A DNA stretch of 46,693 nucleotides from Pseudomonadota bacterium (GCA_043825735.1 JBDRRP010000041.1:62001-108693), one strand, 5' to 3'; positions 8,856 to 19,041 are shown, counted from the stretch's first letter. Numbers and translations: made by a program. Notes: generated by a model from the letters alone, not told the origin.

Positions 8856-9596
8856 ATGGGCAGATCCATTCTCATCACCGGCGCCTCATCGGGCATCGGC
8901 AAAGCGCTGGCACTGGAAATGGCCGGCAGAGGCTATCACCTGGGGCTTGCCGCACGCAACGTGGCGTCCCTGCGCAGCATCGAGCAATCCATCGCAGAAC
9001 GCTTCCCGCAGACACAGATCGTGGTGAGCGAATACGACGTGACCGACACTGCCGGCGCCCCGGCATTGGTTCGGCACACGGCCGACGCACTGGGAGGCCT
9101 GGACATCCTCTTCGCCAATGCCGGTATCGGACTGGGAGAGAAAATCGGCCGGGGCGAGTTCGAAAAGGCCCGGCAAACCATCATGGTCAATCTCATCGGC
9201 GCCATGGCCACGGTAGACGCCGCCGTTGCCCATTTTCTCGAACAGGGCCGCGGCCATGTGGTGGGAACCTGCTCTGTGACCGCCTTCCGCGGCATGCCCC
9301 GCGGATCGTCCTACAGTGCGTCGAAAGCGGGGTTCGCCGTCTACCTGGAAGCGCTGCGGGCGGAAACCTTTGGCAAAGGCATCGATGTCATGGTGCTCTA
9401 TCCCGGCTACATCGACACCCCGTTGAACCAGATGCTCAAAAGCCGGCCCTTCGTCATTCCGGTGGAAAAAGGTGCCGCCATCATCGCCGATCTCATCGAG
9501 AAAAAGAAAAAACGGTCCACCGTGCCGGTGTTTCCCTGGAACCTCATCGGACCGTTGCTGAAGATGCTTCCCACGCGGGTCATCGCCCGCATGTAA
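8856..9596 (+). CDS. SDR family oxidoreductase
   Basis: TGASSGIG, NAG, YSASK. Confidence 0.95.
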   Translation: MGRSILITGASSGIGKALALEMAGRGYHLGLAARNVASLRSIEQSIAERFPQTQIVVSEYDVTDTAGAPALVRHTADALGGLDILFANAGIGLGEKIGRGEFEKARQTIMVNLIGAMATVDAAVAHFLEQGRGHVVGTCSVTAFRGMPRGSSYSASKAGFAVYLEALRAETFGKGIDVMVLYPGYIDTPLNQMLKSRPFVIPVEKGAAIIADLIEKKKKRSTVPVFPWNLIGPLLKMLPTRVIARM

Positions 9597-9654
9597 ACGC
9601 ATCCGCACGCTTGTTGGTTGGACACCACACACCGTGGCTGAAAGTGAGCGTATC

Positions 9655-9975
9655 ATGCGCGGCGGCAATCTCTTCGAGGACATCCCTGAAGACCTGACGA
9701 AAGAGCGCTTCGACACGATCCTTGAAAAGGGCGGCCTGCGCTTGGAGCGTATCGTCTCCCGGGGCCACGCCACGGCCGAGGACCAGTGGTACGACCAGCC
9801 CTCAGACGAATGGGTAACGCTCCTTCAAGGCGGCGCCGCCATCGTCATCGACGGCCGGAAGGCCCCCGTGGTGATGAGGCCGGGCGACCACCTGTTGCTG
9901 CCGGCCCGCTGCCGGCACCGGGTGGCCTGGACCGACCCGGACGTGGACACCGTTTGGCTGGCCCTTCACTTCTGA
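9655..9975 (+). CDS. Cupin domain protein (start could be GTG 9634)
   Basis: NLF..IP, LERIVSRGH, WYDQ..DEWV, HRVAWT...TVWLALHF. Confidence 0.85.
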   Translation: MRGGNLFEDIPEDLTKERFDTILEKGGLRLERIVSRGHATAEDQWYDQPSDEWVTLLQGGAAIVIDGRKAPVVMRPGDHLLLPARCRHRVAWTDPDVDTVWLALHF

Positions 9976-10041
9976 TGTTTCTGTAAAGGGAACGCCTTTA
10001 TTTTTTGAGGTCGGTTCTTATACTGAAAGGACTCTTTCAAT

Positions 10042-10068
10042 CTTCGTGGCCTTCGTGTTCTTCGTGGT
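10042..10068. repeat. Solo arm of the CTTCGTG 9-nt repeat family
   Basis: CTTCGTGGC CTTCGTGTT CTTCGTGGT. Confidence 0.6.
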
Positions 10069-10112
10069 AACGCGGTTGCCGATGGGAAGCGCACAGGCCT
10101 CAGGGAGGCGCC

Positions 10113-10976
10113 ATGACCGATCGCATCCGCACCATCAAAACGCGCATCACCCCCCGGCCCGTCATCGAAGGCGCCGGAGTGAGACTCAAACGCAGCATCG
10201 CCTTGCCCGAACTGGACCACGTGGACCCGTTTCTGCTCTTCGATCACTTCGGCTCGGACAACCCGGCGGACTATCTGAAGGGATTTCCCTTGCACCCCCA
10301 CCGGGGCATCGAAACCGTGACGTACATGATGGCCGGAAAGGTCGATCACAAAGACAGCATCGGCAATGCCGGAAGCATCTTTGCCGGCGACGTCCAGTGG
10401 ATGACATCGGGCAGCGGCATCATGCACGAGGAAATGCCCCAGCCGGTGGACGGCCGGATGGAAGGGTTTCAGCTCTGGGTGAATCTGCCGGCCCGGCTGA
10501 AAATGAGCGATCCCAATTATCAGGAATTCACCGCCACCCAGCTGCCGGTGGTGACGCTGGAAAACGGCACGCGGATCACCGTGATCGCCGGAGCGGTGGA
10601 CGGGGTCCAGGGGCCGGTCACCCAGATCGCCATCGCCCCGGTCTATATCGACGTCACGCTGCCGGCCGGCGCCGGGTTCAGCCATCCGGTCACGGCCGGG
10701 CACACCGCCATCGCCTACGTTTTCAAAGGCGGGGGCCGGTTTGCCGACGGCAATGTCCTGGCCCTGACCATGGCGGTCTTCGACGACGGGGACCGTGTCC
10801 AGGCCACCGCCGGCGATGCCGGCATGCGTTTTTTGCTCATGTCGGGCGCGCCCCTGAACGAGGCCATCGCCCGCTACGGCCCCTTCGTTATGAACACCCG
10901 GGCCGAAATCGAGGAGGCCCTTCAGGAATTGCGAAACGGCACCTTCGTCAAAATAAGCGCGGTGAGGAACAGATGA
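10113..10976 (+). CDS. Pirin family protein
   Basis: DPFLLFD, GFPLHPHRGIETVTY, QWMTSGSGIMHEE, GPFVMNT. Confidence 0.95.
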   Translation: MTDRIRTIKTRITPRPVIEGAGVRLKRSIALPELDHVDPFLLFDHFGSDNPADYLKGFPLHPHRGIETVTYMMAGKVDHKDSIGNAGSIFAGDVQWMTSGSGIMHEEMPQPVDGRMEGFQLWVNLPARLKMSDPNYQEFTATQLPVVTLENGTRITVIAGAVDGVQGPVTQIAIAPVYIDVTLPAGAGFSHPVTAGHTAIAYVFKGGGRFADGNVLALTMAVFDDGDRVQATAGDAGMRFLLMSGAPLNEAIARYGPFVMNTRAEIEEALQELRNGTFVKISAVRNR

Positions 10977-11015
10977 CCGAGCATGAGTCAAACAGAAGCA
11001 TGGAGGTAGTCAATA

Positions 11016-11486
11016 ATGGAAACGACGGGAATCCCGGTTCGGACATGGCGATGGGCGTTGATGACTGCGGTCCTGGTGTCCGTGGCGGCATCGGGATGCA
11101 TGGGTACTTACGGAAAAGTGAAGCGCGATGCCGATCTGCCGGGCCGGTTCTTGGCGGGTGAAGTGCCGGCCGATTACAAATATTATTTTAACGGAAGGGA
11201 TACCATGCCCTACGCCATCGTGGGGATAAAGCCTGAATATGAACTGGTTTCCAGATTCTGGACACCTGTTCCCCCCAACACGGAGGCGTTCAAAAAGATG
11301 GCCCGCAACGCCTGGACCACCCCCCCATACGAACCCCCGGTGGCCGGTACCATGCTGTCGCCCGAAGACGTCGAAATCGGTCTCTGGTACTCGTATTACC
11401 CATGGGCGGTCATCAAGATGGAAGGCGGCAACGCCGTATCCATCAGCTCTCCCTATAAACCGGACAGTTCAATGGCCGGCGACTAG
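11016..11486 (+). CDS. Putative lipoprotein
   Basis: GGAGG RBS; hydrophobic signal ending AASGC (lipobox-like). Confidence 0.7.
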   Translation: METTGIPVRTWRWALMTAVLVSVAASGCMGTYGKVKRDADLPGRFLAGEVPADYKYYFNGRDTMPYAIVGIKPEYELVSRFWTPVPPNTEAFKKMARNAWTTPPYEPPVAGTMLSPEDVEIGLWYSYYPWAVIKMEGGNAVSISSPYKPDSSMAGD

Positions 11487-12958
11487 CGGCGGATGCGTTT
11501 TTCGCTGGCGGCGATTTCGGGAGAAATGCGCCAGGTCCACAGGGGGGAAACGAGATAGATGCCCGTGCACAGCAGGGCATAATAGCCGAAAAACGGGGTG
11601 AGCAGCATCATCAGGGTCGACACCAGGATGGCGCCCACCATCAACGGCCGGCGGTTCATGAAGCGGCCGAAGTGCAGGTAGCGCAGCGGATAGACATTCA
11701 TCAGCACCGCCACCAGCACCATGAGCCCCACACAGAATTGCCCCCAGCCCACCACCGCCCCGGACGTGTCCACCGCGCGATAGAACATCATCAGGGGGGC
11801 CGACACCAATAGTGCCGCCGCCGGTGTGGGCAGCCCCTTGAAAAAACCGGGGATGGGGTTTGTATCCAGGGTGAAATAGATGAGACGTCCGATGCCGGCC
11901 ACGGCATACACCCAGGCGATGGCGGTGACGGGCAGTTTCTGCAGCGCCGGGTGCGATGCAGCGGTCATGACGATGTAAAAGATCCAGGCCGGCACGATGC
12001 AGAAGCTGACCCCGTCGGAGATGTCGTCGAGGACACCGCCCAATGTGATGCGTTTTGGCGGCGCCTCGGGATCCAGCGGTTCGGTCAGCCCCAGCCGCCT
12101 TGCCAGCGCGCCGTCCAGTTTGTCGAAAAGGGCGGCACCGATGAGCAGCAGGTAGGCTTCCTGAATGCGCCCCTGGTATGCAAAAAACACCGCGAGCAAG
12201 CCCATGAGGGCATTCATCACCGTCAGGGTGTTGGGAAACAGGGTGAGGATCTGCCGCCGCAGCCGCTCCTCGCCCAGACAGATCTCATCCAGGCAGACGG
12301 TGCCGTACTTGCGGGTATACCCGGCAATGGAGCCCAGGTTGATGATGAGAAACGTTATCTCGATGATGAAAAAACCGCGCAGCGGCATGTTTCCCAGCCA
12401 GGAGACCCAGGCATAGATCCGCGAAGAAGGCCCTTCCGGGATGTAAAAGGCGTAGGCGTAGAGCAGCGCGCACACGGGCGCGGCCACGACCGTGCGCAAG
12501 CGGTTGAGTTCGCTGGCTTCGGGCTCCTGACCCTGGCGGATGGCGATTCCCCGCATGAAATGAGCGAAATTGTCGCGGATCAGCACCGTGATGCACAAAA
12601 TGAGCATCAAAATGGCATGAAGCAGTTCCGCGCGGGTGAACTGGGGCGAGACCACATCCAGTCGCCACATCACCCCCACGGCAATGAGGGGAAACATGAT
12701 GGAGTACACCACGCGGTCCAGGATGCGGTCCGCCACGTGGGCCAGGTTCGGGTCCGGGTAGAACCGTGCGGCAAACCATCCGTCCACCAGGTCAAAGGTC
12801 ATGGAGATCAGCAGCAGGGTGGTGCCCAGTGTATAAAAAACCGGATTGTGCGTCCACATCACGACGATGGCGCACAGTAATCCGCCAAAAACGAGAAACG
12901 GCCGCGTATAAACGAGAACGGCCGTCAGTTTTTTAGGGATCTGCAGCGATTTGGACAT
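11483..12958 (-). CDS. Tandem double CDP-alcohol phosphatidyltransferase (C-terminal half PssA-like)
   Basis: Two DxxDGxxAR...DxxxD motifs: DLVDGWFAAR..DRILD and DKLDGALARR..GGVLDDISD; C-terminal FFKGLPTPAAA. Confidence 0.85.
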   Translation of the reverse strand: MSKSLQIPKKLTAVLVYTRPFLVFGGLLCAIVVMWTHNPVFYTLGTTLLLISMTFDLVDGWFAARFYPDPNLAHVADRILDRVVYSIMFPLIAVGVMWRLDVVSPQFTRAELLHAILMLILCITVLIRDNFAHFMRGIAIRQGQEPEASELNRLRTVVAAPVCALLYAYAFYIPEGPSSRIYAWVSWLGNMPLRGFFIIEITFLIINLGSIAGYTRKYGTVCLDEICLGEERLRRQILTLFPNTLTVMNALMGLLAVFFAYQGRIQEAYLLLIGAALFDKLDGALARRLGLTEPLDPEAPPKRITLGGVLDDISDGVSFCIVPAWIFYIVMTAASHPALQKLPVTAIAWVYAVAGIGRLIYFTLDTNPIPGFFKGLPTPAAALLVSAPLMMFYRAVDTSGAVVGWGQFCVGLMVLVAVLMNVYPLRYLHFGRFMNRRPLMVGAILVSTLMMLLTPFFGYYALLCTGIYLVSPLWTWRISPEIAASEKRIRR

Positions 12959-12993
12959 TCACCCTTCCTTTGAGCACACGCCGGAGGTGCACC

Positions 12994-13548
12994 TCAGTTT
13001 TTCCCGATACTGGCCACCACGGGAAGCCCCATCATATCTCCTACCCTGCCGGCCAGTTCCCGAGCCCCGGCCTCGTTGATAGCCCCGGAAGGACACGTGC
13101 CGATGCGAAAGTATCCACCGTCTCTGGACACGATCTCGATCATGAGGCTTCGATCCCTGCGCCTGCCGCCGGTGTGCGTCCGGGGATAGTAGACGCTGAT
13201 ACTGGCGAAATCTGCAAATGGCTTTTCCCACACCTCGTTTCGGGCCAGGGATTTCTCGGCATATCGCACGCTGCCCCGGCGCTTGTCAATTTCCATGCCC
13301 CGCACGGTCATCGCACTGTAAACGCTCGCAGCCGCCAGGACAAACCCAAACAAGGCAAAGACGCCAAAATGGACTGCAAAACCGCTTTGCCACCACAGAA
13401 ATCCGGCGGCCAACAGCAGCCAGGCGCTCATGGCACCGGTGACCCAGGCCCATTTTTTCCCCTGGAACTGGAACAGCAACCGGTGCTCATCGGCCTCTGC
13501 CAGGACCATGGCCGGCGGGATGCGTCTGTTATTCTGGATCATTGTCAT
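12994..13548 (-). CDS. Hypothetical membrane protein (2 TM plus soluble C-terminal domain)
   Basis: Two hydrophobic segments; co-oriented 35 nt upstream of the CDP-AP gene. Confidence 0.6.
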   Translation of the reverse strand: MTMIQNNRRIPPAMVLAEADEHRLLFQFQGKKWAWVTGAMSAWLLLAAGFLWWQSGFAVHFGVFALFGFVLAAASVYSAMTVRGMEIDKRRGSVRYAEKSLARNEVWEKPFADFASISVYYPRTHTGGRRRDRSLMIEIVSRDGGYFRIGTCPSGAINEAGARELAGRVGDMMGLPVVASIGKN

Positions 13549-13723
13549 TTGCTGTCGGTGACAGATCTCCCAAGGTGCTGTGTCCAGCGGTTGTCATCCG
13601 GACATCAGATATCAGAAGTCTCGCCATTCGTCGAGGTGCGCCTATGGTGCATATCCGGGTTTCCCTAAAGATTACGACCGATCAGGCGAATATACACAAT
13701 AAGGATTTCCTGCAATGGGACAG

Positions 13724-13739
13724 GCAAACACCCTGCCAA
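13724..13739 (-). promoter_or_regulatory. Candidate sigma-54 promoter facing the 13548/12958 genes
   Basis: Minus strand TTGGCAGGGTGTTTGC, close to the TGGCAC-N5-TTGC consensus. Confidence 0.5.
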
Positions 13740-13801
13740 AGCGGGTAGCGCAAAGAATGCCGCCAAAGGACGAAATCTCTTATTAAAGAGTCACAGGATG
13801 G

Positions 13802-14740
13802 ATGGTCATGTCGATTGGTCAATCACAGGAATTTTTCCCGGCGCGCCAGTCCCAGCTGCCATTTTACCGGGATATCCCCCTTTACCGCAATGCCACCGAC
13901 GGGGGCTTCGTGCTCTACAAGCCTGAGGGCCAGAGCCTGGCGGAAATGCGGTTGGCCGAGGGGCTGCTCCCTGAGCAGCTCTATATCAACAGCAGCGACA
14001 AGCTCAAAGGCCTTCAGGAGGTTCAAAAAATCTTCAACCGGCAGCTTACGGAGGACATCCGGGCCAACAATCCGTCAAAAGTCAAGGATACCATTGTCGC
14101 CATCATGACCGAGACCCTTTCTGAGCCGAGAAGCGGGAGTCTGGAAGGGGTGGTAAAAACCGTCGATATCCTGGTAAGCGGTTATGCCACGGAATCGGAC
14201 GTCATCAAGAATCTGCTGTTTGTCTCCACAAAGGACTACACCACGGTATTGCATTCCATCAACGTCATGGCGCTGGCCCTGGTCTATGCGTCATACGCCG
14301 GCTTTTCCCTGGCGCGCAAGCGGGTGATCGGCCTTTGCGCCCTGCTCCACGACGTGGGCAAAACCCGCATCGACACCGATCTGCTCACCGCCCCGAGAAA
14401 GCTCACCAACGAGGAATTCGCCGAAATCAAGCGTCATCCGGTCCTGGGCTACGACATCCTGAGCCGCTGCCGTTTCGGCGACCCGGAGATCAAGCGCGCA
14501 GCCCTGGAACACCATGAAAAACTGGACGGCAGCGGCTACCCGCGGGGCCGCAAGGACACCGCCGAGACGTCCCAGATCATCGCCTTCATCGACTGCTACG
14601 AGGCGCTGACCAACAACGATCGTCCCTACCGCAGCGCCATGGACCCCGCCAGAGCCCTGTTTCTCATCAAGGACGATGTGATGGCCGGCAAATTCAGCCG
14701 GGACATCTTCCGGACCTTCACCAGAAGCCTGAATAAATAG
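13802..14740 (+). CDS. HD-GYP domain phosphodiesterase
   Basis: HSINV, LHDVGK, HHEKLDGSGYP, DCYEALT..RPYR. Confidence 0.93.
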   Translation: MVMSIGQSQEFFPARQSQLPFYRDIPLYRNATDGGFVLYKPEGQSLAEMRLAEGLLPEQLYINSSDKLKGLQEVQKIFNRQLTEDIRANNPSKVKDTIVAIMTETLSEPRSGSLEGVVKTVDILVSGYATESDVIKNLLFVSTKDYTTVLHSINVMALALVYASYAGFSLARKRVIGLCALLHDVGKTRIDTDLLTAPRKLTNEEFAEIKRHPVLGYDILSRCRFGDPEIKRAALEHHEKLDGSGYPRGRKDTAETSQIIAFIDCYEALTNNDRPYRSAMDPARALFLIKDDVMAGKFSRDIFRTFTRSLNK

Positions 14741-14949
14741 CCGGTGGCCCCCCGTTCAAATAGTGCGAAAACCATAAGTTATCTCCCCGCCCCGCCCCAT
14801 CCTCCAACTGCAGACACGTAGAGAATGTCATGAAATTGGCGTTCGCCACGCAGCCCACCGGGAAAAAGAAGTTTCCATTCCTCTTTTTTCACCTTAACCC
14901 ACAGCAATAATGCTTCCTGCGCGATCCTATCCAGACGGCCAACAACCCG

Positions 14950-16143
14950 CTAATGGCCGATCTGAGCCAGAACTACCGGCAGCATCGCTTCCGCCATTTT
15001 TTTTGCGCCATCGTCTGAAAAATGGACACGGTCGACGAACCATCGATCGTCGTGAGGTATGGCCGCGGCCGCATCCACCAATGTGATATCGGCGGCATCG
15101 GCGATCTGCTTTAATTGCTCATTATACTCCCTGATGCCCCAAAGGATGCCGCCAAGCGTCAAACCTGGAATAAAATGAAGCATTGGTGCAAGGTTTTCTT
15201 GCTGAAATGGCGTCAGGCGCGCCATCGCCTCGGGCCTGAGGGTATCCAGAAGGGGATCGTGAAGGGTGGCAAAGGACGCCAGGATGACCTTGCTGCCCGA
15301 TGCGGTGGCAATCGCGACAAGACTTTCCATATGTTGCTTGAAAGCCGCTGCTGCCGCTGGTGGCGGCCGGTCGAGCCTCTGGCCGCCCTGGCGCTCTTTA
15401 CGAGCCTGTTCAAACGCCGCTTTCTTCATACGGTATTCCCTCAACTGATTTCGCAATCTAACGAAAAACATGCTTTTGCCCATCCACCGGATGAACATGC
15501 CGGGCTGCGGTTGATGGCCATAGGGCGCTGTATGGATATGGCTATAGTCCGCACGGAACGATAACTCCGGACGAACGGCCTTCAAATCATTGTAGGCATG
15601 GTAAATGATGACCACGTCGGGTTTGAAAGGAAGCACCCTGAGCGCCAGATTGCCGATGCTCTGGCTAGTGTCGAATCCAGGCACGCCGGCGTTGATGATG
15701 CGTATTGTTTTGCCTGAAATGGCATTTTTGAGCAACTGCCCGAGATACCCGGGCCATGTCTTTTCAAATGGCAGGTTGATGCAGGCCGTCGTTGATCCGC
15801 CGATGGCGGCGATCCGTATTTCCGATTCGGGCTTTTCCAGGATCAGTTCTTGACCATCGCTCAGAAAACCGTATTGATCGGTATAGATGTTAGCCTGCTC
15901 CCGCTGGTTCGGGTGCCCTGCGATCAGGTTTGCGTCGGGCTTGAATGTGAACCCTGTAAACGGATGCCACTGGTAGATGTCTCGAATGGCGCGGTCACCG
16001 GGGTCGCGCTCATGAAGCTGAAGCTGCCACCCGCGCCCCGTGGCCGCTGAGTACAGACGTGTGCCGATTTCCAGAAAGCCGGCAAAAACCAGGCTCATCA
16101 CTATGACCACAACCGCTTGATAACCGAAACGCCGCATTTTCAT
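14950..16143 (-). CDS. Membrane-anchored SGNH/GDSL hydrolase
   Basis: GGSTT block I, NAGVPG, YHAYND, FVDRVH; N-terminal TM; start at 16143 inferred from GGAGAGG RBS. Confidence 0.85.
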   Translation of the reverse strand: MKMRRFGYQAVVVIVMSLVFAGFLEIGTRLYSAATGRGWQLQLHERDPGDRAIRDIYQWHPFTGFTFKPDANLIAGHPNQREQANIYTDQYGFLSDGQELILEKPESEIRIAAIGGSTTACINLPFEKTWPGYLGQLLKNAISGKTIRIINAGVPGFDTSQSIGNLALRVLPFKPDVVIIYHAYNDLKAVRPELSFRADYSHIHTAPYGHQPQPGMFIRWMGKSMFFVRLRNQLREYRMKKAAFEQARKERQGGQRLDRPPPAAAAAFKQHMESLVAIATASGSKVILASFATLHDPLLDTLRPEAMARLTPFQQENLAPMLHFIPGLTLGGILWGIREYNEQLKQIADAADITLVDAAAAIPHDDRWFVDRVHFSDDGAKKMAEAMLPVVLAQIGH

Positions 16144-16508
16144 CGGTGGCCCTCTCCGGGTGTTTATCATGATTCAGACTTACAGCCCCGTTACCGGGAG
16201 AAAAACGCCTGCGGGGCATCGCACCGGTTATCGTCAGTTCTCCTGCAGTGACATATTGACCGAGCGGGCGGTCTTCTGTCAATAGACTCTGTGCATTCCG
16301 CTGGCACACCGTATTCCGACGCGACGCAGCCACGGTTTTTTTGGCTCCGGAAGTGTGATATCATGCCACCAGCGCATTTCGGTAAACCGGCGGATACCAT
16401 CGGCTATTGCCTCCAGGACACGGCGCAACGCACCGGCAATCAGCATACCAACCATTACGCAGGAATCACGCTGCACCAGCAGGCGCAAAAGGCCAAGAGA
16501 CCAGGCCC

Positions 16509-16892
16509 ATGAAAACTGCCACAGGGGGGAAAAAACAAGCACGAGACACCGGAATGGCGGTCGTTCTGGGGCTGCTCCTTTGGTCCTGGCTGGCCGATTC
16601 TCCGTTCCTCGTGCCCATTGCCATTGCCGCTCTGCTGATTGCAATGACAGCACCGGCCGCTTACCAGTCGCTGGCGGTGGTATGGTTCGGGCTGTCTGAG
16701 GTCATGGGCAAGCTGGTTTCCACCATCCTCCTGAGTGTCTTGTTCTTTCTGATCCTGTGCCCCGTCGGTCTGGTTCGCCGGCTGACCGGGGCCGACCCCA
16801 TGCAACTGAAGCAATGGAAGGCCGGCGGCGAATCAGTATTCCATCACAGGGAGCACCGGTTTGATGCCGAGGATCTGAAGAACCCCTTTTGA
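16509..16892 (+). CDS. SxtJ-family membrane protein
   Basis: WFGLSEVMGKLVSTILLSVLFFLILCPVGLVRRLTGADPMQL...KNPF; directly upstream of the DUF5989 and carbamoyltransferase genes. Confidence 0.8.
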   Translation: MKTATGGKKQARDTGMAVVLGLLLWSWLADSPFLVPIAIAALLIAMTAPAAYQSLAVVWFGLSEVMGKLVSTILLSVLFFLILCPVGLVRRLTGADPMQLKQWKAGGESVFHHREHRFDAEDLKNPF

Positions 16893-16909
16893 CCGAAAAA
16901 GAGAACGGC

Positions 16910-17059
16910 ATGGATTTTCTGAAAGATTTGTGGAGATATCTTCAAACCCGGAAAAAATACTGGCTGCTGCCGATCATCATCTGCTTGCTGTTTTTCGGCG
17001 CCCTGATTGTTCTGACCAGTGGTTCCGCCGTGGCCCCTTTCATTTACACGCTGTTCTAG
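16910..17059 (+). CDS. DUF5989 / SxtK-like 49-aa membrane peptide (absent from ORF track)
   Basis: Manual translation MDFLKDLWRYLQTRKKYWLLPIIICLLFFGALIVLTSGSAVAPFIYTLF*. Confidence 0.85.
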   Translation: MDFLKDLWRYLQTRKKYWLLPIIICLLFFGALIVLTSGSAVAPFIYTLF

Positions 17060-17078
17060 CCTGAGTCTAAAGCGACGC

Positions 17079-18947
17079 ATGCTAATTCTCGGAATATCCG
17101 CATTCTATCACGACAGCGCCGCGGTCCTGCTTTCCGGCGGAAATATCGTCGCTGCCGCCCAGCAGGAGCGATTTTCCCGTATCAAGCACGATGCGGGCTT
17201 TCCGATCGATGCCATCCGGTACGTCCTGGCCGAAGCAGGGATCTCCTTAGAGGATCTTGATGCCGTCGCCTTTTACGACAAACCTTTTTTAAAATTCGAA
17301 CGGCTTCTGGAAACCTACCACGCCTTCGCTCCCCGCGGGCTGAAGAGTTTTCTCTCGGCTATGCCGGTATGGATCAAGGAAAAGCTGTTCATGAAAAAAC
17401 TGCTTCGGAATGCTCTTGAAGGGTTCCGCAAGAGGGCCGACGGTCGCATGCCGCTGCTGCTCTTCCCCGAGCATCACCTGTCCCATGCTGCCAGTGCCTT
17501 TTATCCGTCCCCCTATCTGGAAGCCGCCATCCTCACCGTGGACGGCGTAGGGGAATGGGCAACGACCACCATTGGCCAGGGGCGAGGAAACGAAATCACG
17601 ATTCTCCGGGAAATTCACTTCCCGCACTCCCTGGGCCTGATGTATTCCGCCTTCACGGCCTACTGCGGATTCAAGGTCAACAGCGGAGAATACAAGCTGA
17701 TGGGCCTCGCCCCCTATGGGAATCCGGACAGTGAACGCACCCGCCGATTCGTCGGCATCATCCGCAATACGCTGATTGATATCCGGGAAGACGGCTCGTT
17801 TCTGCTTAACATGGACTGTTTCGACTACCCCGCCGGACAGACCATGTACAACCGCCGCCGGTGGAACGCGCTGTTCGATCTTCCCCGGCGATCGCCCGAA
17901 AACGAGATCACCCAGCCTTACATGGACATGGCGCTGGCGGCACAGCAGGTCACCGAAGAAATCGTGTCCCGGCTGGCCCGTACCGCCCGCGCGCTGACGG
18001 GCTACCGGCAGCTGGTCATGGCCGGCGGAGTAGCCTTAAACTGCGTGGCCAATGCAATCCTTCTCCGGCAGAACACCTTCGAGGATATCTGGATTCAGCC
18101 GGCTGCCGGCGATGCCGGCGGCGCACTGGGTGCCGCCTATGCCGCATACTATATTCATGGGAAGAAGAAGCGGACCGTGATGACCAAAAGCCCGGACGCC
18201 ATGCACGGCGCCTATCTCGGGCCGGAATTCAAGGCCCCGGTGGTAGCGGCCATGGCTGTGAAATACGCGGCCGAGCATACCCGGTATGACGACTTCGAGC
18301 GTCTGTGTAAATCAGTGGCGGGACAGTTGGCCAACGGCAAGGTGGTGGGATGGTTCCAGGGGCGCATGGAATGGGGGCCCCGGGCGCTGGGCAACCGAAG
18401 CATCCTGGGAGACCCGCGCCATCCTGAAATGCAAAAACGGCTGAATTTGAAAATCAAGTACCGTGAGGGGTTCCGCCCGTTTGCCCCGTCGGTGATCATG
18501 GAGGATGCGCCGACGCTGTTCGATATAGATGTCGCCTCACCCTACATGCTGCTGGTCGCTCCAGTTCGGGAGCAACACCGCCGCCCCCTGCCTGACAACT
18601 ATGCGGACATGGGAATATCCGACCGCCTCCATGTGCAGCGCTCCACACTCCCGGTCATCACGCATGTAGATTTTTCCGCACGCATCCAGACCGTGCACAA
18701 AGAGACCAACGAGCGATACTGGCGGCTGATCCGTGCCTTCAAGAACATCTCCGGTTTCGGACTGGTGGTCAACACCAGTTTCAATGTCCGCGGCGAACCT
18801 ATTGTCTGCACTCCCGAGGATGCGTACCGCTGCTTCATGCGCACAGAAATGGATTGTCTGGTCATCGGCGATTTTGTCTTTTTCAAACCCGATCAGCCCG
18901 AGTGGCTCGACAAACACCACCCCCAAGAGATCTTTGCGCCGGACTGA
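17079..18947 (+). CDS. O-carbamoyltransferase (NodU/CmcH/SxtI family)
   Basis: ILGISAFYHDSAA, EHHLSHAASAF, GEYKLMGLAPYG, GPRALGNRSIL, FRPFAPS, NTSFNVRGEPIV. Confidence 0.95.
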   Translation: MLILGISAFYHDSAAVLLSGGNIVAAAQQERFSRIKHDAGFPIDAIRYVLAEAGISLEDLDAVAFYDKPFLKFERLLETYHAFAPRGLKSFLSAMPVWIKEKLFMKKLLRNALEGFRKRADGRMPLLLFPEHHLSHAASAFYPSPYLEAAILTVDGVGEWATTTIGQGRGNEITILREIHFPHSLGLMYSAFTAYCGFKVNSGEYKLMGLAPYGNPDSERTRRFVGIIRNTLIDIREDGSFLLNMDCFDYPAGQTMYNRRRWNALFDLPRRSPENEITQPYMDMALAAQQVTEEIVSRLARTARALTGYRQLVMAGGVALNCVANAILLRQNTFEDIWIQPAAGDAGGALGAAYAAYYIHGKKKRTVMTKSPDAMHGAYLGPEFKAPVVAAMAVKYAAEHTRYDDFERLCKSVAGQLANGKVVGWFQGRMEWGPRALGNRSILGDPRHPEMQKRLNLKIKYREGFRPFAPSVIMEDAPTLFDIDVASPYMLLVAPVREQHRRPLPDNYADMGISDRLHVQRSTLPVITHVDFSARIQTVHKETNERYWRLIRAFKNISGFGLVVNTSFNVRGEPIVCTPEDAYRCFMRTEMDCLVIGDFVFFKPDQPEWLDKHHPQEIFAPD

Positions 18948-19041
18948 TGCCAGAGGGCGCCAAGGCAGGTTGTTTCTTCGAATTCAAAAACCGGATGGCA
19001 GGGGTGCTGGCTATTCCGAGTAGACACGGAGGCGCAAGAAA

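Noticed and set aside
16509..18947. Saxitoxin biosynthesis cluster
   Set aside because: Only I/J/K-like accessory genes; no sxtA/sxtG-type core genes present
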